The notes: generated by a model not told the origin, from the letters alone. Positions 1 to 10,755 are shown, counted from the first letter of the stretch. The stretch is DNA of 64,000 bases from an uncultured Chloroflexia bacterium (GCA_963701135.1 OY969567.1:2368127-2432126); one strand, 5' to 3'. Translations and numbers: made by a program.

Positions 1-184
1 GAGCAGGACTACGACACCGTCGGCGGCTTCGTCTACCATCACCTGGGCAAGGTGCCCGGTCGCCGGCGACGAGGTGCACGTCGACGGCCTGACGCTGCGC
101 GTCCTCAGCGTGCTCGGCCGCCGCATCAAGAAGGTGCGGGCCACCCGCTCGCCCGAGCGCGAAGGCGAGCCGGCTGCGAGCTGA
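1..184 (+). CDS. 3' end of hemolysin/CBS-CorC family protein (CorC_HlyC transporter-associated domain), partial; one indel near 60
   Basis: Manual translation EQDYDTVGGFVYHHLGKVP..GDEVHVDGLTLRVLSVLGRRIKKV..* matches the CorC_HlyC consensus; TGA at 182-184. Confidence 0.8.
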   Translation, partial: SRTTTPSAASSTITWARCPVAGDEVHVDGLTLRVLSVLGRRIKKVRATRSPEREGEPAAS

Positions 185-383
185 CGCGCTAACCAGGAGC
201 AGCCGCTCGGCGACGCGGGGGCCGCAGCCGGACTGAACCCCGCCGAAATACGAATTGGATCGCGGCAGCCCCCGGTTGTCCGGCCGCGAAACCGCCCGTT
301 GTCACGCCTTTGCCACGCGTCTACTCGCTGACCGCCAGTCATGCGCGCGCGCCAGCCGCCCGTGCAGGTGTAAGATCAGCATC

Positions 384-2030
384 ATGCGAGCCCCGTCCCT
401 CCCGCGCAACGTCACACTCCCGGCGGCGGCCATCGCCGCCTGCGCCGCGGCGACGCTGCTGCTGGCGTTCGCGCTGCGCTACCCCTCGCTCTACGAGCCG
501 CGCTGGTACGGCGATGAGGGCATCTTCTCCGCGATCGCGCAGAACATCCGCGACGGGCGGACGCTGTACGCCGACGCGTGGGACAACAAGCCGCCGCTGA
601 TCTACTTCACGTACGCGGGCATCCAGTGGGCATTCGGCACGAGCGTCTTCGCGCTGCATCTCGCCGCGACCGTCGCGGTGCTCGCAACGCAGGCCGTCGT
701 CATGACGATCGGCGCGGTGCTGTACGGCGCGCGCCGCGCGGTCGTGGCCGGTGCGCTGTTCGCCTTTGCGATGGGCACACCGCTGCTCGAAGGCAACCTG
801 GCGATGACCGAGACGTTCATGATTCTGCCGTCGTCGCTGGCCGTGCTCGTCTTCGTCCTGGCGGAACGTCGACGCGACGCGAGCCTGTGGTGGTACGGCG
901 GCGCCGGCCTGCTCATCGGCGTCGCCGCCGGCTACAAGCAAGTGGCGCTGTTCGACGGTGCGGCCATCGGCGTGATGATCTGGCTGACCCACGGCCGGCC
1001 AATGCGCGCCATCGGGGCGTTCGCCGGCGGCGTGGCGGTCCCGGTGGCCGCGTCTGCCGTCCTGTTCCTGGCCGCCGGCGCATTCGGCGCGTACTGGTAC
1101 GCCGTCGCCGGGTCGCTCGGCCTCTACTCGGAACTCGGCGCGGAGGGGCCGTTCGTGAGGTTCGCCGGCTATCTGCCCGCACTGATGGCCACAGCCTGGC
1201 TCGTGCGGCGCCGCACGCTCGGCGAGGAACTCGCGCTGGAGTCGTTCCCGGTCCTGTGGCTCGGGTTCGCTCTTGCCGGCACCACCTCCAGCTCGTTCCC
1301 GTTCCCGCACTACCTGCAACAGGCCGTGCCGGCGTGCGCGCTCGCCATCGTCGGCAACCCGCTCCGCCTGGAACGCGATGAGCTCGCGCGGGCGCTGCTC
1401 GGCGTCACGGGCCTGCTCGTCGTCGCGGTCGTCTTCGGTCAGTTCGCGCTGGCGTTCCGCGAGCGCCGCCAGCTTGACCCCATCGACTACTACCGCACGT
1501 TCGCATCGCACCGCTGGGGCACCATGAGCGACCAGGACTACGACTACTACTTCGATGGCAAGGTGATCGCCGTGAACGACATCGTCGCATACATGAAGCG
1601 CGACGGCGCCGGCACGTCGCTGTACACGTGGAGCGAACTCCCGTGGATCTACGCGGCGGGCGGCTTCACCAACCCGGCGCGCTACTACACATCGTTCCTC
1701 GGCGAAGTCGTGCCAGATGCGAAGCGCGAGATCCTGCGCGATCTCGACGCCGACCCGCCGGTCTACATCGTCGTCTCGGACGACACGTACGCCCCGTTCG
1801 CCGAGCTGGACGGCTTCATCCGCGGGCGCTACGCGCTGCTGCGGGAGCAGGGCGACTGGCGCCTGTACCGGCTCGCCACGGCGAGCGGCAACCTCGAGCC
1901 GGAATCATCGCTCGCACGATGGCTCGAGCACCAGGAGCAAGGTCGATTCGACCGACATGTTGCTCGTGGCCAAGAACTTCAGCTTCGTTCCCTGTTAAGG
2001 ACCCGCGGTCCCGGACGATTGTCAGACTGA
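384..2030 (+). CDS. GT-C fold glycosyltransferase (family 39/ArnT-PMT-like), multi-pass membrane protein
   Basis: YGDEG after TM1, WDNKPPLIY, ETF and FPHY motifs, many TM helices; ATG at 384 preceded by TAAGAT -10. Confidence 0.8.
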   Translation: MRAPSLPRNVTLPAAAIAACAAATLLLAFALRYPSLYEPRWYGDEGIFSAIAQNIRDGRTLYADAWDNKPPLIYFTYAGIQWAFGTSVFALHLAATVAVLATQAVVMTIGAVLYGARRAVVAGALFAFAMGTPLLEGNLAMTETFMILPSSLAVLVFVLAERRRDASLWWYGGAGLLIGVAAGYKQVALFDGAAIGVMIWLTHGRPMRAIGAFAGGVAVPVAASAVLFLAAGAFGAYWYAVAGSLGLYSELGAEGPFVRFAGYLPALMATAWLVRRRTLGEELALESFPVLWLGFALAGTTSSSFPFPHYLQQAVPACALAIVGNPLRLERDELARALLGVTGLLVVAVVFGQFALAFRERRQLDPIDYYRTFASHRWGTMSDQDYDYYFDGKVIAVNDIVAYMKRDGAGTSLYTWSELPWIYAAGGFTNPARYYTSFLGEVVPDAKREILRDLDADPPVYIVVSDDTYAPFAELDGFIRGRYALLREQGDWRLYRLATASGNLEPESSLARWLEHQEQGRFDRHVARGQELQLRSLLRTRGPGRLSD

Positions 2031-2118
2031 CACTCGGCGCGTTCCGGAGCGTCGTTGCACGCTGCGGCCTATCGGGTAGGATCGACGCGCGTGCTCTCTG
2101 AGCGCCTGAGGTCCACCG

Positions 2119-2415
2119 TTGCCGGAGGCAGAGCCGGGCTCGGTGGAAAGTTCAGGAGGGCCGGATATCAACATCGGGACCAGGGTGAGGTTGCGGCTCG
2201 AGTCCTGCAGCGAGAGCCGGCCGCACCTGCTGCTGCATGCGCGCCAGCGCGACCTCGGCGCCGTCGTCGAAACATCGCGGCAATCGCCCGCGATGGCGAA
2301 GCTTTACACCATCGTCCATTTCGAACAGTGCGGTCACGACCACCGTCTGCTCGACGCCGAGCTGGAGTCCGCGGACGATGAGCGCCCGGCCGCCACTTCG
2401 CGCGTCCGCACGTAG
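2119..2415 (+). CDS. Small hypothetical protein, SH3/KOW-like pattern with Cys/His residues
   Basis: IGTRVRL..G.VVE..YTIVHF..CGHDHRL..ELE pattern; convergent overlap with the dprA 3' end. Confidence 0.45.
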   Translation: MPEAEPGSVESSGGPDINIGTRVRLRLESCSESRPHLLLHARQRDLGAVVETSRQSPAMAKLYTIVHFEQCGHDHRLLDAELESADDERPAATSRVRT

Positions 2416-3488
2416 TTCATGCGCCCCACCTGCCGCACCAGCCCCTTCAGCTCCAGCATCGCCAGCGTGCTCGTGACGGTGGCGATGGGCAGCCCGGACT
2501 CGCGGCGTACCTCATCGATATGCATCGGTTGGGCGGTGAGGTAGCGCAGGAGCCTGCTCTCGGTCTCATCGGCCGGCACCAGTTCGGTCATCTCGATCTG
2601 GTGCGAGGCCATGCTGAGGTTCAGCTCGGCGAGCACGTCCTCGACGTTGAGGGTGAGCTTCGCCTCGCCATCCTGGATCAGCTTGTTGGTGCCGCGCGAG
2701 TTCGGTGAGTAGATGCTGCCCGGCACGGCGAACACCTCGCGGTTCTGCTCCAGCGCCTGGCGCGCGGTGATCAGCGCGCCGCTCTTGGTGTCGCCCTCGA
2801 CGACGAGCACGCCCAGCGAGATGCCGCTGAGGATGCGGTTGCGGCGCGGGAAGAACTCGCTCCGCGGCTGCGTGCCGATGGCGTAGTCGCTGATCAGCGC
2901 GCCGTTCTCGATGATCTGCTCGGCCAGGCGCTTGTGCTCCGGCGGGTACACCAGGTCGAGGCCGCAGGCGAGCACGCCGATCGTCCGGCCGCCGCATTCG
3001 AGCGCCGCGCGGTGCCCGATGGCATCGACGCCGCGCGCGAGGCCGCTGACGACGGTGATGCGGTTCGATGCGAGGCCGCGCGCCATCTCATCGGCCACCT
3101 GGCGGCCGTAGACGCTCACCCTGCGCGTCCCGACGACGGCGACGGCCCACTCATCGGCCGGTGTGAGCGTGCCGCGGACGTAGAGCACGGGCGGACGGTC
3201 GTAGACCTCGCGGAGCTGGCGCGGGTACGCGTCGTCGTGCCAGGTCAGCGCGGTGACGCCGTGCTCGGCGAGCCGTTCGAGTTCGGCGTCCGGGTCGATG
3301 GCGCCGCGGGCGGCGGCGCAGGCCGCGATCGTGGCGCCATCGAGTCCCGCGGCCTTGAGCTCGCCGGCCGTGGCGTGCCAGGCGCGCTCCAGGCTGCCGA
3401 AGTGCTCTTCGAGCTGAGTCGCCCGCACGCGTCCGACGCGGGGCACCCTGCTGAAGGCAATCCAGTACTTACGTTCTACTTCGTCCAC
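2334..3488 (-). CDS. dprA: DNA-processing protein DprA
   Basis: VAVVGTR, VSGLARGVD, FPRRNRILSG, SGALITA motifs; C-terminal winged helix; adjacent to topA. Confidence 0.96.
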   Translation of the reverse strand: MDEVERKYWIAFSRVPRVGRVRATQLEEHFGSLERAWHATAGELKAAGLDGATIAACAAARGAIDPDAELERLAEHGVTALTWHDDAYPRQLREVYDRPPVLYVRGTLTPADEWAVAVVGTRRVSVYGRQVADEMARGLASNRITVVSGLARGVDAIGHRAALECGGRTIGVLACGLDLVYPPEHKRLAEQIIENGALISDYAIGTQPRSEFFPRRNRILSGISLGVLVVEGDTKSGALITARQALEQNREVFAVPGSIYSPNSRGTNKLIQDGEAKLTLNVEDVLAELNLSMASHQIEMTELVPADETESRLLRYLTAQPMHIDEVRRESGLPIATVTSTLAMLELKGLVRQVGRMNYVRTREVAAGRSSSADSSSASSRRWS

Positions 3489-3801
3489 AGGGCTACTATA
3501 AGGCGCGAATCCCCCGGCTGGCTAGAGGGCAAGATGTGGAAACGAGGCGCCGCCGCGAGCAGCATCGCGCCAGAGCCTGCCTGGCCGGGGACTTGGCTTC
3601 CTTGACAACTCTGCTACCCTCAGATGAAGGCCTCGGAACCTTCACCGCTTCCCGCGGCGCCCCAATCCCACCCGGAGCCGCGCTCCCACTCCCGAAGACG
3701 TGTTCAGGTTTGGGCGGTCGCTACCGAGAAAACTGTTGTGTCGCGGGCCGGGTCGTGTATAACAACCGGGGCCCGGCGGCAGGCAGGATTGACAGGAGAT
3801 C

Positions 3802-6108
3802 ATGGCGAAATCCAAGGAAAAGAGCCTGGTGATCGTTGAGTCACCAGCAAAGGCACGGACGCTGTCAGGCATCCTCGGCAAGGAATACGAGGTCAAGGCA
3901 TCGGTCGGACACGTCCGCGACCTCCCCAAGTCGCAACTCGGGGTCGATGTCGAGAACGACTTCGCGCCGAGATACATCATCCCCAAGGACAAGAGGGACG
4001 TCGTCAAGGGGCTGAAGGAGGCCGCCAAGAAGGCCGGCACCATCTACCTCGCCACCGACCCCGACCGCGAGGGCGAGGCCATCTCCTGGCACCTCCAGCA
4101 GGCGATGGATCTTGCCGCGACTGCCGAAGAAGCCAACTTGACGAATCGCAAGCCATACGAGCGCGTCGAGTTCCACGAGATCACCGCGGACGCCATAAAG
4201 GCCGCGTTCGAGCATCCTCGCAAGATCGACATGCGCCTGGTCGATGCCCAGCAGGGCCGCCGCGTGCTCGACCGCCTCGTGGGCTACAAGGTCAGCCCGG
4301 TCCTCTGGAAAAAGATCCGAGGGGGCCTCAGCGCAGGCCGCGTCCAGTCCGTCGCGCTGCGCATGGTCGTCGACCGCGAGCGCGAGATCGAGGCGTTCGT
4401 CCCGCAGGAGTACTGGACCATCGACACGCGTCTCGCCAAGCAGGGCGACGCCGACGAGAGCGCGTTCATCGCACGGCTTGCCGGGCTGCCCGGCACGAAG
4501 AAGGCGGAGATCGGCGACACCGCGAAGGCGAACGCCGTCACCGGCGACCTGCGCGCCGCCGCCTACAGCGTCCGCGACGTCAAGAAGAAGCAGCAACTGC
4601 GCCGGCCGGCGCCGCCGTTCACCACGAGCACGCTCCAGCAAGAGGCGTCGCGCCGCTTCGGCTTTTCGGCCAAGCGCACGATGGCGGTCGCCCAGCAGCT
4701 GTACGAGGGCCTGACGATTCCCGGCGAGGGCCAGGCCGGCCTCATTACCTATATGCGCACTGACTCGCTCAACATCGCGCAGGTCGCGCGCGACGAGGCG
4801 CGCCGCTTCATCACGGGCAAGTTCGGCGCGGACTTCGTGCCGCCGCAGCCGCGTTTCTACAAGACGAAGTCGAAGGGCGCGCAGGAAGCGCACGAGGCAA
4901 TACGCCCGACGTCGGCATTCCGGGAGCCGGCCGCACTCAAGAAGTCGCTGACATCCGACCAGTTCAAGCTCTACAGCCTGGTCTGGCAACGCCTGCTCGC
5001 CAGCCAGATGGCCGACGCGGTGTTCGACCAGGTCAGCGCCGAGATCGACGCGAAGGCGCCGGCGCACGACCAGCCGTACCTGCTGCGCGCCTCGGCGAGC
5101 CACCTGCGCTTCGCCGGCTTCCGCCAGATCTACATCGAAGGCCGCAACGTCGCCTCCGATGAGGACGAGGAGCGCTCGCTGCCCGACCTGTCGCCGGCCG
5201 GCCTCCTGCGGCTGCTCGACGTGAAGCCCGACCAGCACTTCACCGAGCCGCCGCCCCGTTACACCGAGGCCACGCTCGTGAAGGCGCTCGAAGAGAACGG
5301 CATCGGCCGCCCGTCGACGTACGCGCCGATTATGTCGACTATCCAGGAGCGCGGCTACGTGAAGAAGGACGGCCGCGCGCTGCGCCCGCAAGAACTCGGC
5401 TGCGTCGTCGCCGACCTGCTGGCCGAGCGCTTCCCGGGCGTCGTCGACGTGAGCTTCACGGCCCGCATGGAAGACGAGCTCGACGAAGTGGCCAGCGGCG
5501 AACGCGCGTGGCCGCCCGTCGTCCAGGAGTTCTACGCACCGCTCGAAGAGGCGCTCGCCGCCGCCGCCGACGCGCCGCGCGTCGAGCAGGAGACGAACGA
5601 GGTCTGCGATAAGTGCGGCAAGCCCATGATTCTGCGCTGGGGCCGCTTCGGGCAGTTCCTCTCTTGCACCGGCTACCCCGAATGCAAGAGCGCGCGCCCG
5701 GCCGGCACGGACAAGGCGCCGGAGCCGGAGCCGACCGACGAGAAGTGCCCGGCCTGCGAGGCGCCGATGGTGAGCAAACAGGGCCCGTACGGCCAGTTCC
5801 TGGAATGCACCAAGTACCCGGAGTGCAAGACGCGCCGCCCCGTCCTGCGGAAGATAGGCGTGCTTTGCCCGAAGGACGGAGGCGAACTCATCGAACGCAA
5901 GACGCGCAAGGGACGCTCACGGACGTTCTACGGCTGCGCGAACTACCCGAACTGTGATTTCACCAGCGGCACGCGCCCGCTGAAGGCGCCCTGCCCTTCG
6001 TGCGGGGGCCTGGCCGTCGCCGCCGGACGCGGCAACGCCAGGTGCATCAAGTGCGACTGGAAGGGCGAACAGGACGCGATTCCCGAGCCGGAGTTGGCCG
6101 GGGTATAG
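3802..6108 (+). CDS. topA: DNA topoisomerase I with C-terminal zinc ribbons
   Basis: LVIVESPAK, ATDPDREGE, SAGRVQS, ITYMRTD, GIGRPSTY motifs; C4 zinc ribbons; AGGAG RBS. Confidence 0.98.
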   Translation: MAKSKEKSLVIVESPAKARTLSGILGKEYEVKASVGHVRDLPKSQLGVDVENDFAPRYIIPKDKRDVVKGLKEAAKKAGTIYLATDPDREGEAISWHLQQAMDLAATAEEANLTNRKPYERVEFHEITADAIKAAFEHPRKIDMRLVDAQQGRRVLDRLVGYKVSPVLWKKIRGGLSAGRVQSVALRMVVDREREIEAFVPQEYWTIDTRLAKQGDADESAFIARLAGLPGTKKAEIGDTAKANAVTGDLRAAAYSVRDVKKKQQLRRPAPPFTTSTLQQEASRRFGFSAKRTMAVAQQLYEGLTIPGEGQAGLITYMRTDSLNIAQVARDEARRFITGKFGADFVPPQPRFYKTKSKGAQEAHEAIRPTSAFREPAALKKSLTSDQFKLYSLVWQRLLASQMADAVFDQVSAEIDAKAPAHDQPYLLRASASHLRFAGFRQIYIEGRNVASDEDEERSLPDLSPAGLLRLLDVKPDQHFTEPPPRYTEATLVKALEENGIGRPSTYAPIMSTIQERGYVKKDGRALRPQELGCVVADLLAERFPGVVDVSFTARMEDELDEVASGERAWPPVVQEFYAPLEEALAAAADAPRVEQETNEVCDKCGKPMILRWGRFGQFLSCTGYPECKSARPAGTDKAPEPEPTDEKCPACEAPMVSKQGPYGQFLECTKYPECKTRRPVLRKIGVLCPKDGGELIERKTRKGRSRTFYGCANYPNCDFTSGTRPLKAPCPSCGGLAVAAGRGNARCIKCDWKGEQDAIPEPELAGV

Positions 6109-6193
6109 ACTTGAATCTGATCGCGTCGAGTTCAACACACGCAGCGCGGCGGCCGCACGCCGGCCACGTCCGCGTCCCCACACCGCCCGCCGC

Positions 6194-8012
6194 ATGAGGA
6201 AGATGTCCCGCCGCCGGTTCCTCGCGTCGTCCGGCGCGACGCTCGCCGCCGCCTCGGCCGCGGCGGTCGCCGGCTGCGCGCGCAAGCAAGACGCGCAGGG
6301 CCGCCCGGCGCCGGCCGCGCGGGCGGCGCTCGCGCCCGTCTCGACGCGCGGCGGCATCCTGCGCGCCTACAACTTCGACGCGATGGCGCACGACGCGCTC
6401 GACCCGCATCTGACGCTCATGGGGCCGATCGGCAACATGCACTCGGCCGTCTTCAGCCGCATCCTGCGCTACGACGACGAGCGCGCCGGCACGCTCGCGC
6501 CGGACCTGGCCGATGGCATGCCCGAGCAACCGGACCAGCTCACGTACGTCATCCGTCTGCGCGAGGGCGTGAAGTTCCACGACGCGCCGAAGTACCGCAT
6601 AGCGTACCCGAAGACCGCCGGCCGCGAGCTCGACGGCGGACGACGTGAAGTACAGCCTGGAGCGGCAGGTCAATAGGAACAGCCCGCAGGCGCGGCGCTT
6701 CTACCGCCAGGGGAACTGGAACGTCATCGACAAGATCGCCGTCGCGGACAAGCGCACGCTGACGATCACGCTCAAGTCGCCGGTGGCGCCGTTCCCGCGC
6801 TTCCTCGCCGGCCGCCACGCGTTCATCATCGCGCGCGAGGTCGTCGACAACGCCGACCAGGCGAACGCCGAACTCGCGATGATCGGCACCGGACCGTTCC
6901 TGCTCGACTCGCTCGAATCGCGGGTCGCCGTCAGGCTGCGCCGCAACCCGGAGTGGTTCGCGCGCGACGACAACCCCGACGTCGCCGGCGCGGGCCGCCC
7001 GTTCCTCGAAGGCTACGACGCCTTCTACGCGCCGCAGGAGGACCTCTTCCAGCGCGTCTCGTTCGAGCGCCGCATCGTCGATGCGACGGGCTTCGTCGAT
7101 CCGGCGGCGCTCGACCAGGAGCGCAAGACGAATCTCGCCGACATCGTGCTCGATGAGACGGACGCCGGCGGGGTGCTCGCCAGCCGCCTCCTGCTCGACC
7201 GCGCGCCGTTCAAGGACGACCGCGTGCGCCGGGCGATCCACCTGGCGGTCGACCGTCCCGCGCTCGCCGCGCTCCTCTACCCGGATATGGACGGCCGCGC
7301 TTCGGCGAAGCTCAGCGGTCCCGTCGCGCCGGCGATGGGCTCGTGCGCGCTGGGCCAGGACAACTTGCTGAAGCGCCCCGGCTATCGCGGCGACGCATCC
7401 GGCCGCGCCGCCGACGTCGCCGAGGCGAAGCGGCTGCTCGCCGCGGCGCTCGGCGACACGCAGCAGCTCGGGGACGTGCGGGTGCTGTTCTCCGGCGTCC
7501 CGCGCATCATCCCCGAGCGCGCGGTCGATGCGCTGCAACGGCAACTGCGCGAGGTGCTCGGTTTGAACGTCGTGCCGGTCACCGACGCGAGCGGCTATGC
7601 CGTCATCGCCTCAGCGCTCGGCCGCAATCTCGACGGCGCGACTGAGGGCGTGACGCCGTTCACGTTCGCATTCGAGGACGGCGGCCCGGACATCGACGAC
7701 TGGCTGTACCCGCACTTCCGCAGCGGCCAGGCGATGAACACCTACCGCCTGCAGGACGCGCAGCTCGACGCCATGCTCGACAAATCGCGCGCGGAGTTCG
7801 ACAACGACGCGCGCTGCCGCATCGGCCTCGACATCCAGGACTACCTGCTGGCGAAGGTCAACGCGCGCATCGAGTACCTGGCGCCGGTCGAGCGCCGGCT
7901 GTCGTGGGGCTACGTCCGCAACTACCCCATGCCGGCCTGGTACGGCAGCGCGCAGGACCTCGCCGACACGTGGATCGATACGGCGCACCCCTCGTGGCGC
8001 TCGCGGCCCTGA
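6194..8012 (+). CDS. ABC transporter family-5 substrate-binding lipoprotein (Tat signal), frameshift near 6640
   Basis: SRRRFL twin-Arg plus AGC lipobox; LDPH, PDLA, LREGVKFHD, IGTGPF, PFKDDRVRRAI; ORFs 6194-6676 and 6645-8012 join. Confidence 0.85.
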
Positions 8013-8139
8013 GGCGGTGGCTGGGAGGGCGGAGGGCGGAGGTACCGGGCCGACCGCTGCGGGTTGTACGCGTCACCTTACGTAAACCTCCTACGCAGAA
8101 TTGCTATCCTGCTGCCGATCATCAAACCGAGGAGCCCAC

Positions 8140-8868
8140 GTGACCGTTCTCGTCATGGCCATCATCGGTGTCATCGCCGGCTTCGTGCTCGACGCCCTGA
8201 TCGCGCGTCTGGCGCGAGAACCATACGAGCGCGGCGAGCTCGAAGAGGACGACCTGCGGCTCAAGAAGGACGGCGGCCTCGAGTTCAGCAGCGAGACCGG
8301 CGCCCTCGCCATGCCGACGCTGCTCACGACGCGCTCGCTGATCCGCACGATCATCGTCGTCGCCGCGACGGCGGCCGTATTCGCGGCGATCGGACGCCAG
8401 TACGAGCACGACGGCGTCTGGGAGCTGCTGATCGTCGCGCTGTACGCGTCGGTGCTGATCATCTGCACCGCCACAGACGTCCTCGCGTACCGGGTGCCGA
8501 ACGCGGTCACGTACCCGGCGATCGTCGGCGCGCTCGCCATCGGCGTGCTGATGCCGGACGCCAACCGCCTCGACGTGCTCGCCGGCGGCCTGGTCTTCGG
8601 CGTACTGCTGTTCATTCCGTCGATGCTCACGGGCGGCGCGATGGGCATGGGCGACGTCAAGCTCGCGTTCTTCGTCGGCTTCGCGCTCGGGCTGACGTTC
8701 GTCGTCCCGGCGATGCTCGTGATGGCGATCTCCGGCGGGCTCGCGGCCGCGATCATGCTCATCACGCGGCTGCGGGGGAAGGGCGACCCGATCCCGTACG
8801 CGCCGTTCATCGCCGGCGGCATGCTGCTGGTGCTGCTGATCCAGGGCACCGCCTTCCGCGCGGTTTAG
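8140..8868 (+). CDS. Prepilin peptidase, A24 family
   Basis: TD..AYRVPN, GMGDVKL, IPYAPFI motifs; GTG start after GGAG. Confidence 0.88.
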   Translation: MTVLVMAIIGVIAGFVLDALIARLAREPYERGELEEDDLRLKKDGGLEFSSETGALAMPTLLTTRSLIRTIIVVAATAAVFAAIGRQYEHDGVWELLIVALYASVLIICTATDVLAYRVPNAVTYPAIVGALAIGVLMPDANRLDVLAGGLVFGVLLFIPSMLTGGAMGMGDVKLAFFVGFALGLTFVVPAMLVMAISGGLAAAIMLITRLRGKGDPIPYAPFIAGGMLLVLLIQGTAFRAV

Positions 8869-8975
8869 TCGCCCACCGGCAACCAGCGACCATAACGATT
8901 CGCGGCCGCACGAGCCCCATCCGCTAACATGAGGCTGATCCACCGGAACGCAGCGCCGCTGCCGGAGAGCGCCCC

Positions 8976-9866
8976 TTGGCCATCGACGTACGCCTGCTCG
9001 ACCACACGAGCGACCCCATCCGCTCGCTCTACATCGCCTACCGCACGGCGTACTCGGCGCTGACGCCGCAGACGATCGCCGACCGCATCGCCAGCGAGAA
9101 GATCACGCGCGAGCAGATGCAGGAGTTCATCGAGAAGCGGCTGGAGACGGGGCACGCGTCGCCGCTCGAGCACGTCTGGTTCGAGTTCGCCATCGCGGGC
9201 GTCAGCCGCGCGTTCAGCCACCAGTTCGTCCGCCACCACATCGGCATCAGCTTCGAGCAGCAGAGCCAGCGCTACGTCGCGTTCAAGAAGGGCGAGTTCC
9301 CGTACACCGTGCCGGAGACGGTCAAGCGCGCCGGCCTCGCGCCGAAGATGGAGGAGGCGTTCGACCGCCTCGGCGAGCTGTACCAGGAGATGCTCGACGC
9401 CGGCGTCCCGGCCGAGGACGCGCGCTTCCTCATCCCGAACGCCGCGAACACCAACTTCAAGGTCGCCGTCAACTTCCTGGAGCTGCTGCACATCTGCGAC
9501 CTGCGGCTGTGCACGCGCGCGCAGTGGGAGTTCCGCCAGGTCGCGTCGAAGATGCGCGCGGAGATCCACCGCAAGTTCCCCGAGCTGGCGAAGTACATCC
9601 AGCCGAAGTGCGGCGACAAGCGCTGGGGCTACTGCGACGAGTCCATCGAGGACTGGCAGGCGTGCCCGATCGGCCGCAAGCGCCCGCACAAGAAGATGCT
9701 GTTCGAGCTGTTCGACGCGCACCGCCGCGGCGAACTGGCGCCGCTCGCCGACGCCGACTTCAAGGTGATCGAAGAGATCGGCTCATCGGTCGCCACCGCC
9801 GGCTCGGCCAAGCCGGCACCGAACGGCCAGTCGGCCCCCGCGCCTCAGACCCGCGACGAAGGCTGA
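8976..9866 (+). CDS. thyX: FAD-dependent thymidylate synthase
   Basis: GHASPLEH, SRAFSHQFVRHH..SFEQQSQRY, EDARFLIP, LRLCTRAQWE. Confidence 0.92.
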   Translation: MAIDVRLLDHTSDPIRSLYIAYRTAYSALTPQTIADRIASEKITREQMQEFIEKRLETGHASPLEHVWFEFAIAGVSRAFSHQFVRHHIGISFEQQSQRYVAFKKGEFPYTVPETVKRAGLAPKMEEAFDRLGELYQEMLDAGVPAEDARFLIPNAANTNFKVAVNFLELLHICDLRLCTRAQWEFRQVASKMRAEIHRKFPELAKYIQPKCGDKRWGYCDESIEDWQACPIGRKRPHKKMLFELFDAHRRGELAPLADADFKVIEEIGSSVATAGSAKPAPNGQSAPAPQTRDEG

Positions 9867-9908
9867 GCCGATTCAGGTCTTAGGGTTCCAAGTTCCAGGT
9901 TCTCCGCC

Positions 9909-10640
9909 ATGATGCTCCAGTTCCTCGGCTCCGGCGATGCGTTCGGCAGCGGCGGCCGCTTCCAGACGTGCATGCTGCTCCGCGGCGGCGCCGAGCCGCT
10001 GCTCATCGACTGCGGCGCGTCGTCGCTGATCGCGATGAAGCGCGCAGGCGCCGATCCGTCCCGCATCGGCACGGTGCTGCTCACGCACCTGCACGGCGAC
10101 CACTTCGGCGGCATCCCGTTCCTCGTCCTCGACGGCCAGTTCAGCCGCCGCGAGCGGCCGCTCGTCATCGCCGGCCCGTCCGGCGTCCGCGCCCGCGTCG
10201 AGGCTGCGATGGAGGTGATGTTCCCGGGCTCGTCGACCGTCACGCGCCGCTTCGATGTCCAGTACGTCGAGCTGGCGGAGCGCGTTCCCACCGCCATCGG
10301 CCCCGCAACCGTCACGGCGTTTGCGGTCGAGCACGCGAGCGGCGCCACGCCGAACGCGCTGCGCGTCGAGTACGGCGGCAAGACCGTCGCGTACTCCGGC
10401 GACACCGAATGGACGCCGGCGCTGCTCGACGCCGCGCGTGGCGCTGACCTGTTCGTCTGCGAGGCCTACTCGTTCGAGAAGAAGATCAAGTTCCACCTCG
10501 ACCTCGCGAGCCTGCGCGAGCACCAGGCCGAACTCCAGTGCCGCCGCATCGTCCTCACGCACATGGGACCGGAGATGCTCGCCCGCGCGCACGAAACCGG
10601 CATCGAACTGGCCGAGGACGGCCTGACGATAACGCTTTGA
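9909..10640 (+). CDS. MBL-fold metallo-hydrolase (RNase Z/BN-like)
   Basis: FLGSGDAFGSGGR, THLHGDH, YSGDT, LTH motifs. Confidence 0.88.
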   Translation: MMLQFLGSGDAFGSGGRFQTCMLLRGGAEPLLIDCGASSLIAMKRAGADPSRIGTVLLTHLHGDHFGGIPFLVLDGQFSRRERPLVIAGPSGVRARVEAAMEVMFPGSSTVTRRFDVQYVELAERVPTAIGPATVTAFAVEHASGATPNALRVEYGGKTVAYSGDTEWTPALLDAARGADLFVCEAYSFEKKIKFHLDLASLREHQAELQCRRIVLTHMGPEMLARAHETGIELAEDGLTITL

Positions 10641-10687
10641 TCGCCGCGCTGGAACTCCCCTCTAACATGAAGGTCGTGCGCTCCTCG

Positions 10688-10722
10688 CCCACCCATCCGT
10701 GCAATCTGTGTAATCTGTGGTT
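10688..10722 (-). repeat. 9-nt-period intergenic repeat (ACCACAGAT-TACACAGAT-TGCACGGAT)
   Basis: A closely related copy lies in the opposite orientation at 12222-12260. Confidence 0.55.
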
Positions 10723-10755
10723 TCCCCGTCCCGCCGCCGGCGGTAACCTCGCTAC

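Noticed and set aside
3500-3740. dprA-topA intergenic region as a cobalamin riboswitch or 6S RNA (GGGAAGCGGTGAAGGTTCCG on the minus strand)
   Set aside because: No B12 box or GCCACTG and no convincing long closing stem; needs an Rfam cmscan
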